A stretch of 64,000 nucleotides of DNA from an uncultured Thermoplasmata archaeon (GTDB lineage: Archaea; Thermoplasmatota; Thermoplasmata; UBA10834), in assembly GCA_963719945.1 (NCBI GenBank), contig CAVRDX010000001.1, positions 128,001 to 192,000 on the forward strand. Direction: 5' to 3'. The notes below the pieces were generated by a model. The model saw only the letters and a program-made list of their open reading frames with translations, did no database searches and was not told where the DNA came from. Shown here piece after piece: positions 31,075 through 40,607 of this stretch. Every line of letters begins with the position of its first letter. Position 1 is the first letter of the stretch. The translations under genes and the position numbers were made by a program.

Positions 31075-31971
31075 CTATCTTCGTCCCGCGGTTTCGTGGT
31101 ACAGCCGGATGGCTCGTCTGCTGGTATGCCAGTCCCCTGATATCTTCAGTGCGGGGAGTTCCCCCTGTCCCGCGCGTAGACGCAGATACTTCGCGGAGTG
31201 TCCCGACTTTCCATCCAACTGCTTCAGAGGTTTCAGCTCGTCTTCTGCTGTGCCCAGTTGATTCAGCAGATCGAGAATCGAACGACTCATGAGCTCCTTT
31301 ACCAAGTTCACAAGGTGTGACAAGTCACCGGAGTGACCCTGATCCATGCAGTCAAGATACCTCTCCCTTTCTGGCGGGAGAATATGTACAGGTGGCCAGT
31401 TGTGTTTGAGGAAGTGTTGGTTCAGGAGCAGTCTGCCGACTCTGCCGTTCCCGTCGCTGAATGGATGTATCGATTCGAAAGTGTAATGGAACCATGCCCC
31501 GAGTGTGAACACATCCTCTCCTTTGATGTCCCTGCCTTCGTAGTCCTTCAGCATCCTCCCCATCTCGTCAACGACCTTCTCCATTCTCGGAGGTATGTGC
31601 CTTGAGCCTGTGATACGGACATTCACGCGTCTCCACATTCCCGCATCCCCTTTCACCCCTCTGAACACGTTCTCATGCAACTCGAGAGTCGTTTCGAGTG
31701 TGATGGGTTGTGCTCTTAGCTGAGGGATTTCATGGAAGACCTTCTCATGTTGCAGAGTCTCTAGAACATCTCTGATTGGCCTGTTCCCGACGCTGCGCTG
31801 CTCGATGAGCAATACCTCGACATCGTGCCAGGTGAGCGTGTTCCCTTCAATGGCATTGGTTCCCCAGGTGTTCAGAGCGCTCGTCCGCTTCCAGACCTCT
31901 TCGGGAAGGCTGTCCAGGGAAGTCCTGGTGAGGAGGCAATCGCGGAGCGCAGCAAGTATGCTTTCACGCAT
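31075..31971 (-). CDS. Fic-family protein with C-terminal HTH (cassette 10)
   Basis: TNAIEGN and HPFSDGNGRVGR motifs; excisionase-type HTH-like tail YLRLRAGQGELPALKISGDW. Confidence 0.92.
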   Translation of the reverse strand: MRESILAALRDCLLTRTSLDSLPEEVWKRTSALNTWGTNAIEGNTLTWHDVEVLLIEQRSVGNRPIRDVLETLQHEKVFHEIPQLRAQPITLETTLELHENVFRGVKGDAGMWRRVNVRITGSRHIPPRMEKVVDEMGRMLKDYEGRDIKGEDVFTLGAWFHYTFESIHPFSDGNGRVGRLLLNQHFLKHNWPPVHILPPERERYLDCMDQGHSGDLSHLVNLVKELMSRSILDLLNQLGTAEDELKPLKQLDGKSGHSAKYLRLRAGQGELPALKISGDWHTSRRAIRLYHETAGRR

Positions 31972-32171
31972 GTATTGTTTATGAAGGCATATATGATATA
32001 TATACTTATATGCCAAACACTGGTATTTAGAGAATTAAGCATATGTATCGTGCTCATGTCACTGGCGCATGCGAGCATTGAGATCAATCTGAGATTCACT
32101 TGGACGACCGTGAATTGGATCCGTTTCAGGAACGAAACTCAAGGGGAGTCTATGCAGTCGAAAATCAATTA

Positions 32172-32261
32172 TCTAACGGCAAAGAATTCCACATTGAATT
32201 TTGAAGCTTCCACCATTGAACACCAGCAAATCTCAGGTCAATATTCGGATCCTCGCACATT
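32172..32261 (+). repeat. Highly degenerate cassette repeat R10
   Basis: Co-linear remnants AAAGAATTC, CACATT, TTTGAAG, ending ATATTCGGATCCTCGCACATT. Confidence 0.65.
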
Positions 32262-32378
32262 TTATGTCACGAATGAAGATGTCTGGCTGTCGGATGGATT
32301 CGACCTTGATAGGTCAGCGAGAACCTTTTCACTTCCAGAGCTACTTAAACCCTTGAGATTATTCTCCGGTGATATCAG

Positions 32379-32837
32379 ATGGTTCGAGACGCGGAGATCA
32401 GGAATGCCGTGGAAAACGCAAGGTCGCTTCTCGGTGATCATGGATATGACTGCAGGACGACGGTGGAGGATTTCATCCTCTGGTTTCAAGCGGATACTCC
32501 TTACGACCAAGGAGGCGAATTCGATTACGTCATTCGCAGTCCATTGCTGGTGGCTCACGAACTTGTGGAAATCGAGAGTGTGAAGGCGATGGGGCTGAAT
32601 TTGACGAAGGATGTCATCCTCGAGAACGTACACAGGGTAGATGACGCGCATCTAACGGCGACGCAAACCGAGCTTGAACTTGCTGCATCTTTGAGGGACA
32701 CTCCACACATTAGTGAGCGAATAAAGCACATCAGCATGTGGATAGAGGACTCTTCTGTAAGCGCGGAAAACAAGGCGAAGTACTTGGTATTGAAAGGAAG
32801 AGCACTGGAGATTCTCGCGGATCTACAGCAGAAATGA
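32379..32837 (+). CDS. Hypothetical protein
   Basis: 152-aa ORF with GGTGA SD; AHELVE...AH resembles a zincin-like motif. Confidence 0.65.
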   Translation: MVRDAEIRNAVENARSLLGDHGYDCRTTVEDFILWFQADTPYDQGGEFDYVIRSPLLVAHELVEIESVKAMGLNLTKDVILENVHRVDDAHLTATQTELELAASLRDTPHISERIKHISMWIEDSSVSAENKAKYLVLKGRALEILADLQQK

Positions 32838-32947
32838 GAGCGGGTTCCGGCTATGATTCTAGCTGTCTTCGATATGTCACACGGAGTGAGGTCTCCACAA
32901 CCGGTCCAATTATCTAGCTGCATTTCTATGAGCAGCTGATACTGTAT

Positions 32948-33574
32948 ATGACGGCCCCTTTAGGTGAGCATGGCCTTGTACCCACCAATTCAATGAGCTT
33001 GGTCGAGGCCTTGGAGAATGACCCTTTCTATGCTGCTATTACACGAGATTTCTCAGGCGATGATGTCCATCGACGCGAGGTCTTGGAAGCCTACTTTGAC
33101 TATTCGATGAAGGAAGGCATGAGGCTTGGATGCTGCACAATCCTGCCAGACGATGATAGAGGCGCAGCCATTTGGATCAAGCCAAGGCCTCAGAGACTTC
33201 TTTCAAAATCCAAGTCTGAGAAGCATAGATTCTTGGAATCAATACTTGGACGGGACGGACTTGCGGATTATCACAGGATCATTGGATTCATGTCACCTCG
33301 AGCGCGACAGGTTGTGGGGAGCAGCACTTGGTACCTATCTATCCTGGGGGTATCTCCCAACGCACAGAACCAAGGGCTCGGAAGACGGCTGCTGGAGCCT
33401 ACTCTCTACGAGGCGGACCGTGTAAACGCCGAATGCTACTTGGAGACATATTCGCCTCGCAGCATCTCGTTCTACGAACGACTCGGTTTCGAATGCGTGG
33501 TCTCGCATATAGAGCCAGTGACATCATCAGAATATTGGATATTGATCCGAACGCCAGCTGATACTCGAAAGTGA
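32948..33574 (+). CDS. GNAT N-acetyltransferase
   Basis: WYLSILGVSPNAQNQGLGRRLL, CYLET and FYERLGF motifs. Confidence 0.9.
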   Translation: MTAPLGEHGLVPTNSMSLVEALENDPFYAAITRDFSGDDVHRREVLEAYFDYSMKEGMRLGCCTILPDDDRGAAIWIKPRPQRLLSKSKSEKHRFLESILGRDGLADYHRIIGFMSPRARQVVGSSTWYLSILGVSPNAQNQGLGRRLLEPTLYEADRVNAECYLETYSPRSISFYERLGFECVVSHIEPVTSSEYWILIRTPADTRK

Positions 33575-33649
33575 ATATTGACGGCGGATTGAATTCCTCA
33601 GATCCGATATATCCTTTGCCATCCATATTACGCCATAATTCAAATGATG

Positions 33650-33865
33650 TTATTGGCTCCTAAGTCTCCTAGACGTGCACTCCTTTTCTATGAGTTCGAA
33701 GCAGTCTATGCTGAGTTCGAATGATTTCTTGCCGGGAATTCCGTCGAGTGGGCATCGCATGCCGCGGAGTTTGCTCTGACAGAACATATGGGTCGTATCC
33801 CTGCCACCTTCCCTTACCTGGTTGGTGACAATCCAGCATTCGGATCTCAATAGACGCAAGGCCAT
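33650..33865 (-). CDS. Small Cys-containing hypothetical protein
   Basis: ~71-aa ORF starting MALRLLRSECW after a GAAGTGA SD-like sequence; no recognisable family. Confidence 0.35.
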   Translation of the reverse strand: MALRLLRSECWIVTNQVREGGRDTTHMFCQSKLRGMRCPLDGIPGKKSFELSIDCFELIEKECTSRRLRSQ

Positions 33866-34015
33866 GGTATTCACTTCTGAGCACTCAAGAAAACAAAGTG
33901 GCATATCTCCCTGCTGTCGAGCCGGAGTCAGCTAGGCGGATATATCGTCTCATTGGCGACACGTGTCCACCCAACCAGACTGCCCAAAGCTCAGTGGTCA
34001 CAGGGTCCTCAGCTA

Positions 34016-34525
34016 TCAGTACATGAAATCCATATCATGCAGCTTGAGTCCGTCCTTCCATTTCCTATTCTTCAGGTCCATGAATAGTTCGACATGACCG
34101 ACGTTCATCATCCCATTCAATCTGAAGAAGTTGAGCGCGCTCAAGTTTCTCGCAACCGGTCTGACGCTCAGAAATGTAGCGTTGCGGTCCTTCGCCTCTC
34201 GAATAGCAATCTCCATGAACCCTTTCCCTATGCCCGTGCCACGACGATCCTTTTTGACGACAAGTGGTTCGATTGTGATTTCATCTTCTCCGATCTCGAG
34301 TCCCATGAGTCCGATGAGGTTCCCCTCTATCTCTGCTATCCAGATGTTCTCGGCACCTGTCTTGTCAAGGTGTTCGTCGAAGCATCTTCCAGGATCCTCA
34401 CCGCCTATGCTCGGATTGTCATAGATGATTCTGTGTGCTATTGTTAACTGTTCCCAGAGGTTGCGGCAACCTTCGAGGTCGCTGCTCTTGTATTTCCGGA
34501 ACTCTATCGGCTGTGAATCATCCAT
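34016..34525 (-). CDS. GNAT N-acetyltransferase
   Basis: IEPLVVKKDRRGTGIG and N..ALNFF...G motifs. Confidence 0.88.
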   Translation of the reverse strand: MDDSQPIEFRKYKSSDLEGCRNLWEQLTIAHRIIYDNPSIGGEDPGRCFDEHLDKTGAENIWIAEIEGNLIGLMGLEIGEDEITIEPLVVKKDRRGTGIGKGFMEIAIREAKDRNATFLSVRPVARNLSALNFFRLNGMMNVGHVELFMDLKNRKWKDGLKLHDMDFMY

Positions 34526-34713
34526 ATGACTACCCTCATCATATCATTAATGACACCATTGCGATATGTGTGGGTCTATATCTTATGTGGGCTTTTCAGG
34601 ACTGTCTATGATGGGCTCTCTTTTGTCCCGAGGATATCATTGTATCAAATGACAAGCCTTGCTAGGACGGCTCTGATGCCTGCGTAATCGTGCTCATCCA
34701 TCACTTCGTTGGT

Positions 34714-36027
34714 TCATCCACCGTACTGCTTCGTAGTGTAGAAGTACGCCTGTAGCACAAGGTCCCATTCAGTATCATCGACGAAATCCAACCCGACGTT
34801 ATCGTATGCTCTGTCGAAAGAGTCCCAGTAGACCTGATAGATCCCTATCGACGGACATACGAACACTGAGAGGCCTGTGACGAGTCCGCGCATCCTCCAG
34901 CTCGCCCAATCATGGACAATGACTCTGTCAGCTGCTACTACAATCGCACCGCAGGCTTCCGAGACCTCTGGATGTGACTCTGCCGTGCTCTCTCCAAGCA
35001 ATGTGAACATGGTCATGATGTCCGGGTAGAACCAGGTGCCCATATTGTTCATCCACAGGGATACATCCGACTGCAGGGCGGCTGTTTTCAGATATTTGCC
35101 GAGGGAGTTATCCTTCGGCATCACAGCTTCCTTGAAATCGATGAACGCATCGATAAGTGGACCCAATGCATTCAGATCTATGACTGACAGGGAAGCGAAA
35201 TCCTGCATGTATGGGTAGAGCGTGGGCAGTGTATGGAGTGGTGCGGAGTACCACACTTCATAATCGTCCACAAGCTTGCATGCGAAATCCAATGGCTTTA
35301 TGTCAGGATTCAGGGAAAGCCCTGAGAGCATGTCTATGTAGTTCTGTCCATCGAACGGTACCCCGAGCTGCGAAGCAACCATGTATGATGCGGTCCCTCT
35401 CAATTCATAGGCGACTTCAACGATTCCGAGAGTGCATGCGTCGAGAGAGATGATATCTATCGATTCTCCGGTCTTGCCGATCGCGTCATTTATTCCCCTG
35501 CCCAGGTCATCAATGGACATCCAGACTTTTGGCAACTCAGAGTCAGGCAAACCCTCATCGGAGCATAGTCCGAGATACCCGTTCCCGTGGTTCTGGATCA
35601 TGAGCATGAAGTTGTCCGCTGAAAGAGTGGGCTCTGTCAAAGCGTACTGGATGAACGAACTCAGAGTGTCCGGCGAGGATGAGTTGATCTCCTCATAACT
35701 CCGGATCTCCACCCATCCCGTCTCTGTCAAAGTGCTCAGGTTCGCAGGCATCGTCAGCCTGTCGATGAAGACGCAGAGAGCCACATCCTCTCTGTTCGTG
35801 AGATAATCTATCCATAGTTGGACGAAGTAGTCCGTGTATTCGTCCAGGTTGTTGTCGCTGGCCCAATACATCGCTATCGTCCACTTCCTCGCATTATCCT
35901 CTTGATCGACATTCACTTGGTCGTCTGCGCGGCATGCGCCCACCATGATGGAAGCTACGATGATCACGGCGGTGGCGAAGACGGTCGCAACTCTACAATA
36001 CTCACTGCGAAATCCTACAGCTCTCAA
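34714..36027 (-). CDS. Clostripain-family (C11) cysteine peptidase, secreted
   Basis: Signal peptide; WTIAMYWASDNNL, NHGNG (His) and LDAC...EVAYEL (Cys) motifs. Confidence 0.88.
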   Translation of the reverse strand: MRAVGFRSEYCRVATVFATAVIIVASIMVGACRADDQVNVDQEDNARKWTIAMYWASDNNLDEYTDYFVQLWIDYLTNREDVALCVFIDRLTMPANLSTLTETGWVEIRSYEEINSSSPDTLSSFIQYALTEPTLSADNFMLMIQNHGNGYLGLCSDEGLPDSELPKVWMSIDDLGRGINDAIGKTGESIDIISLDACTLGIVEVAYELRGTASYMVASQLGVPFDGQNYIDMLSGLSLNPDIKPLDFACKLVDDYEVWYSAPLHTLPTLYPYMQDFASLSVIDLNALGPLIDAFIDFKEAVMPKDNSLGKYLKTAALQSDVSLWMNNMGTWFYPDIMTMFTLLGESTAESHPEVSEACGAIVVAADRVIVHDWASWRMRGLVTGLSVFVCPSIGIYQVYWDSFDRAYDNVGLDFVDDTEWDLVLQAYFYTTKQYGG

Positions 36028-36176
36028 CTCTGATTCCCCCCGAGCTATCCGGTCAGACCTGACCGGTTTCCCAACAAGTGATTGTCGCGCTGGTAGTTAA
36101 TTCTCGTGTAGGTCAGTGTGCAATCGAAGGACACATGTGTTCATTGCATCAGGGTGTTTGGAATCGTTCCCTAAAA

Positions 36177-36932
36177 TCAATCATAGTGGTTTGATAGCGG
36201 TTCCATGAGGTAGTTGATGAATCCTACTATCGATTGATCATCCGTCCAAAACGCGGTCATGTCTTCGATCTGTTTCTCTTCCCTATAATCGCTCGCGAAA
36301 AGGATGATCTTCTTGTCTGATTGAACAAACAATACTTTGGGAGGATGCATCTCTGTGAACTTCATCATGGCTTTTGGTTTCAGGATGGTTCCATATTCCT
36401 TGAATGTCTTGATCTTTTGAGGGTCCGGTGAGGCGAATCGGATTTTGATCTTCTTTTCCTTCGCCATCCTCCACAGGGCTTCAAAGTCAATCAATAGGTC
36501 CGGATATCCTGCGACCAGCATCTCCGATTTGGTGGAGTCTATCATGCGTTCCATTCTATCCTTGATTCTCCCTTTGCCCTTTATGGCCCAGATCCGGACG
36601 TCCGAAGTCCCCTGAGGTGGCGCGCACGCAAGCTCCTCCAGACCTTCTCGTGCGTCCTTGACTGCGCTCAATACTTCTGATTCGATCTTGGAGATTGCGA
36701 TTTTCGGGGGAACAGCCCTGAACCTCTTCGGTCTCCCAGTAGATGTCTCGATGATCCCCCGATGCTCCAGTCGATCTAGAGTCTCATAGATGGCAGATCT
36801 GGGAACTTCGGCAACCACGTGAATGTCGCTTACCCGCGCTTCGCCCAGCCTAGTCAGGGCCGAAAATACCTTGGCTTCATAGGTGGTTAGGCCGAGGGAG
36901 ATGAGTTTGTCAATAACTTTTTGATGTGTCAA
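36177..36932 (-). CDS. TrmB-family transcriptional regulator
   Basis: LGLTTYEAKVF...VPRSAIYETLDRL...GRPKRFRAVPP; probable TTG start. Confidence 0.92.
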   Translation of the reverse strand: MTHQKVIDKLISLGLTTYEAKVFSALTRLGEARVSDIHVVAEVPRSAIYETLDRLEHRGIIETSTGRPKRFRAVPPKIAISKIESEVLSAVKDAREGLEELACAPPQGTSDVRIWAIKGKGRIKDRMERMIDSTKSEMLVAGYPDLLIDFEALWRMAKEKKIKIRFASPDPQKIKTFKEYGTILKPKAMMKFTEMHPPKVLFVQSDKKIILFASDYREEKQIEDMTAFWTDDQSIVGFINYLMEPLSNHYD

Positions 36933-36948
36933 TGTATCATACACTCGG

Positions 36949-36968
36949 ATATCTACAATTGTAGATAT
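36949..36968. promoter_or_regulatory. Perfect 20-bp palindrome, candidate operator
   Basis: ATATCTACAATTGTAGATAT between the divergent TrmB and MMPL genes. Confidence 0.6.
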
Positions 36969-37051
36969 GAATGCGAAATACTTATATGTTAGTTTAGAAT
37001 TAACGACATTCTTGTTAGTACGACAATAACAACATAGATGAGAGTGCACCA

Positions 37052-40021
37052 ATGATATTCGAAAGGCTAGCTGACGGTGTGATACACCACCACAAGAAGA
37101 TACTCATCGCATGGATTGTAATCCTCGCGTTTGTTGTACCTGCAGTGCTCAAGGTCGATGAAGTCCTGGTCTATCAGGAATCAGATATGGTCGCTGGTGA
37201 CAAGGAATCCCTCATCGCCCAGGATATCATCAACGAGCAGTTCCCAACATCCGTCCCTAACAGTACTCTGATGATTGTCATAAGTGGGACAGATGTCACT
37301 GGCCCTGCCATGAGGGACTTCTGTCTGGACCTGGAATACAGCATCGCAACCGAGGACGGTCTCGCATACATGGAATCCATGACAACCGTATATTCGATCT
37401 ATACTGGCGCCATCACTGCTGCTGTTGTCGAAATGGGGCCGATGATGTATATCGTGGAATCAGAGGTCAATATGACGGCAAACCTCTTCTATGGTATACC
37501 TTCGCTCTATCTCAACAACTGGATATACTATACGAATACCAGCCTCGATATTCCATCCCGGGATGCTGAGGCATACTGGATCACTATCTCAACATTGGAC
37601 CTGATGCTCTCTGAAGAAGACGATGTTGCCAAGGCTACCACATATCAATACTTCTCACTGTTCGCGGACCGCTGGAATGCAACCTCAGAGAATATCTCAC
37701 TCGTGTCCGACCCGATGGCGCGGACGGAGGATGCGATAGCCTATGCTGCCCCTATCTTCATCGAAGGCATGGCACTTGCCGACGATGAGGCGGCCTTGAT
37801 GATGACTGCGGTCATGTACTCCTTCGATATCTCCACATTCTCGAACACCAGCATGATCCACTCATTCTCACTCTCGATGATATCTGGTCTCTCCGGAATC
37901 GAGAACATGACCTTCATCGAGGAGGTTTATTCACTAGGTCCGGAATACGATTATCCTGAGGCAGGTGCCCTAGCTGCCCAGATCGTTGCTGCTGGTTCAA
38001 TTTCCGACTATCCAATCACCATTCCCGAAGAGTATCTCTCAGGATTCGTAAGTCCGGACAATAGCACGATGCTCATTGTCATGTCATTCTCGAAGGATTC
38101 GAACTATCTTGAGGATGGCGAGAAGCCGATCATGCTGAATGTCGGTATTCTTAGAGACATGGTGTCTGAAGCGAAGTCCACATACCTTGACGATGACTAC
38201 AAGACATATGTCACAGGGGATGCGGCCATATCTTCGGATATGGAATCCTCGATGGGTAAAGAGATGATGCTGATCGAACCGATCACGATCATCCTCATAA
38301 TCGTACTCATGGGGGTGTTCTTCAGATCGGTGGTGGCCCAGTTCCTTCCTTTGGGCAGCGTGATGGTCGCATTGGGTGTGAGCCAGGCGATAGTGTTCGT
38401 AGTCGGTTCCCTCGTGGCTGACATCCATTACACTGTGGTGACCATGCTCTTCAGCATATTGATGGGCGTCGGCACCGACTATGCGATATTCATAGTCGCC
38501 AGGTACAGAGAGGAGCGGATAAAGGGACACAACCGGGAGGAAGCGGTCAGAACCTCGGTCACATGGGCTGGCGAGAGCATATCCACGAGCGGCGCGACCG
38601 TGATGATCTCATTCTTCGCCCTTTCCATCTCTGATTTCTCCATGATCAGGACCATGGGCCTCGTGCTCGGGATGGCGATCGGCATATCTCTGATTGTGGC
38701 GCTCACACTCGTGCCTTCCCTGCTCCTCCTGATGGGGAACAGGATATTCTGGCCCACTAGAGGGCAGCGTTGGAAGAAATTCGCCCAGAACGTCATGGCC
38801 AAGAGGGCCCAGGGCCATCGCGGCTACTTCCACAAGGCCGCGACATTCTCGATCAAGCACGCGAAGGTAGTCGTTTTAGTTGCCTTTCTCATCTCGGTGC
38901 CGACGACCTATGTGTTCCTCACAGCTGAGACGAGCTTCGATTTCATCAGCGGCATGTCATCAGGGGTCGAGAGCAACGAGGGCATAGTCGCGATGACAGA
39001 CGGTTTCGGTGCTGGCAGAATCATGCCCACGGAAATAGTGGTCGTGTTCGACTCGCCGGTGTACGCAGATGGCGATTTCGACTTAGATACGCTGGACGCA
39101 ATCGCGCTCATGACCTCTTCGTTGTCCTCTCTGGACAATGTGAAGCAGGTGACAGGGACCACTAACCCGAAGGTCTCTGCGATCGATTACAGGAACCTCA
39201 GTGCGTTGTCATCTGATTCGAGAGCCGCACAGGAGGCGCTGATGCTGGAGACAGTGGGTCTAGATAACAGCACCGTGCTGATCACGATCGTTCTCGAATC
39301 GGGACCGATGACTCCTGAATCGATCGCCACCATCGACGACATTCGGGCCTTGGTCTCGAACCTGCAGGAAGACGACCCTGCCCTTGAATCAACTGTCATA
39401 TATGTCGGCGGATCCAGTGCTGTGATCGCTGACCTGCAAAAGGATCTTGACCAGCAGTTCAGGGTGATGGAGATCGTCGTGGTCATAGGCATATTCATCG
39501 TTCTCTTAATCGTCCTAGGAGCGCTCCTACTGTCGCTGTTCGCCATAATATCGATCATGCTCAGCATCTCATGGGCGTTCGCTGCAACCGTAGGTCTCTT
39601 CGGCTATGGATTGGGAGAACCGATCCTATGGATCATCCCTCTGATCCTGTTCATCATGTTGATGGGGATCGGAATGGACTATAACGTCTTCATACTGACA
39701 AGGATCAGGGAAGAGATTCACAAAGGGAAGTCCGATCGTGACGCGATTGTCGAATCGCTGGATTGGACCGGCGGGATCATCACTGCACTTGCAGTGATCA
39801 TGGGCTCGGCCTTCGCCTTGATGATGATATCCAGCACCATGATGCTCAAGGAGATTGGCTTCGCCCTCGCTTTCGCAATCATGCTCGACGCGATGGTGGT
39901 GCGAACCTACATAGTCCCTGCGATGATGACATTGCTCGGCAAGTGGGGTTGGTGGGCACCGGGACCGCTTCAGAGGGAGAGACGAAAGGAGAAGACGTAC
40001 CGGTCGCTCAAGAACCAGTGA
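37052..40021 (+). CDS. MMPL/RND-family transporter
   Basis: GVGTDYAIFIVARYREE and GIGMDYNVFILTRIREE; two-repeat RND topology. Confidence 0.93.
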   Translation: MIFERLADGVIHHHKKILIAWIVILAFVVPAVLKVDEVLVYQESDMVAGDKESLIAQDIINEQFPTSVPNSTLMIVISGTDVTGPAMRDFCLDLEYSIATEDGLAYMESMTTVYSIYTGAITAAVVEMGPMMYIVESEVNMTANLFYGIPSLYLNNWIYYTNTSLDIPSRDAEAYWITISTLDLMLSEEDDVAKATTYQYFSLFADRWNATSENISLVSDPMARTEDAIAYAAPIFIEGMALADDEAALMMTAVMYSFDISTFSNTSMIHSFSLSMISGLSGIENMTFIEEVYSLGPEYDYPEAGALAAQIVAAGSISDYPITIPEEYLSGFVSPDNSTMLIVMSFSKDSNYLEDGEKPIMLNVGILRDMVSEAKSTYLDDDYKTYVTGDAAISSDMESSMGKEMMLIEPITIILIIVLMGVFFRSVVAQFLPLGSVMVALGVSQAIVFVVGSLVADIHYTVVTMLFSILMGVGTDYAIFIVARYREERIKGHNREEAVRTSVTWAGESISTSGATVMISFFALSISDFSMIRTMGLVLGMAIGISLIVALTLVPSLLLLMGNRIFWPTRGQRWKKFAQNVMAKRAQGHRGYFHKAATFSIKHAKVVVLVAFLISVPTTYVFLTAETSFDFISGMSSGVESNEGIVAMTDGFGAGRIMPTEIVVVFDSPVYADGDFDLDTLDAIALMTSSLSSLDNVKQVTGTTNPKVSAIDYRNLSALSSDSRAAQEALMLETVGLDNSTVLITIVLESGPMTPESIATIDDIRALVSNLQEDDPALESTVIYVGGSSAVIADLQKDLDQQFRVMEIVVVIGIFIVLLIVLGALLLSLFAIISIMLSISWAFAATVGLFGYGLGEPILWIIPLILFIMLMGIGMDYNVFILTRIREEIHKGKSDRDAIVESLDWTGGIITALAVIMGSAFALMMISSTMMLKEIGFALAFAIMLDAMVVRTYIVPAMMTLLGKWGWWAPGPLQRERRKEKTYRSLKNQ

Positions 40022-40289
40022 AGCTGCTTCGGAAGCACCCACTTCATCCATGATGGAGCGCATCGCCTCTTCGGATGAGATGATTGGTCCAATAAAGTGC
40101 AAATACAATCATTCAAAAACCTATTCATAACAAAATATGGAGGTTGTTTTTCCTCCGAACCATCCCATTTATTGGCCGATGGTACCGAACGCATCCGATG
40201 GAAAAATGCTCGTCAGATTCGCGTATGAAATGTATGATTAGTATGAATAGTGTATTATAGCCCTTTGCGTTTATGAGGCCTAGATTGTC

Positions 40290-40532
40290 ATGTTCGGGAA
40301 ACCAGAACTTTTCGGGAGTGCAACTGTCGGAGAGCGTGGGCAGGTCGTATTGCCCGCTGAACTCAGGAAACGATTCGGCATCCAACCTGGGGACAAACTA
40401 TTGGTCCTTGCAGAATCGGCCCCTGATGGGATGTGGAGCGTGAGACTTGTCAAAGGCGATGTGCTCCAGAAGATGTTCACGAAGATGACGGAACATCTCG
40501 GTCAGATGATGTCAGAAAGCGAGAAGATCTGA
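40290..40532 (+). CDS. AbrB/MazE/SpoVT-family DNA-binding protein
   Basis: VGERGQVVLPAELRKRFGIQPGD motif. Confidence 0.9.
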   Translation: MFGKPELFGSATVGERGQVVLPAELRKRFGIQPGDKLLVLAESAPDGMWSVRLVKGDVLQKMFTKMTEHLGQMMSESEKI

Positions 40533-40607
40533 GCAAGGTAACCTGCAATTGGATGATCGATGATTGGCACAGTCTCGGGTATTAATGATTACATCAAGGT
40601 GATTTGA

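Larger units (their letters stand above)
11179..32261. mobile_element. tRNA-Leu-anchored tandem gene-cassette array (genomic island) without a recognisable integrase
   Basis: Ten direct repeats of one family, most ending in the tRNA 3' end, separate unrelated accessory gene blocks; one block is duplicated core-to-core. Confidence 0.88.

Noticed and set aside
33612-33645. TTTGCCATC as the start of an eleventh repeat
   Set aside because: Only 9 bp match, with no downstream arm or core.
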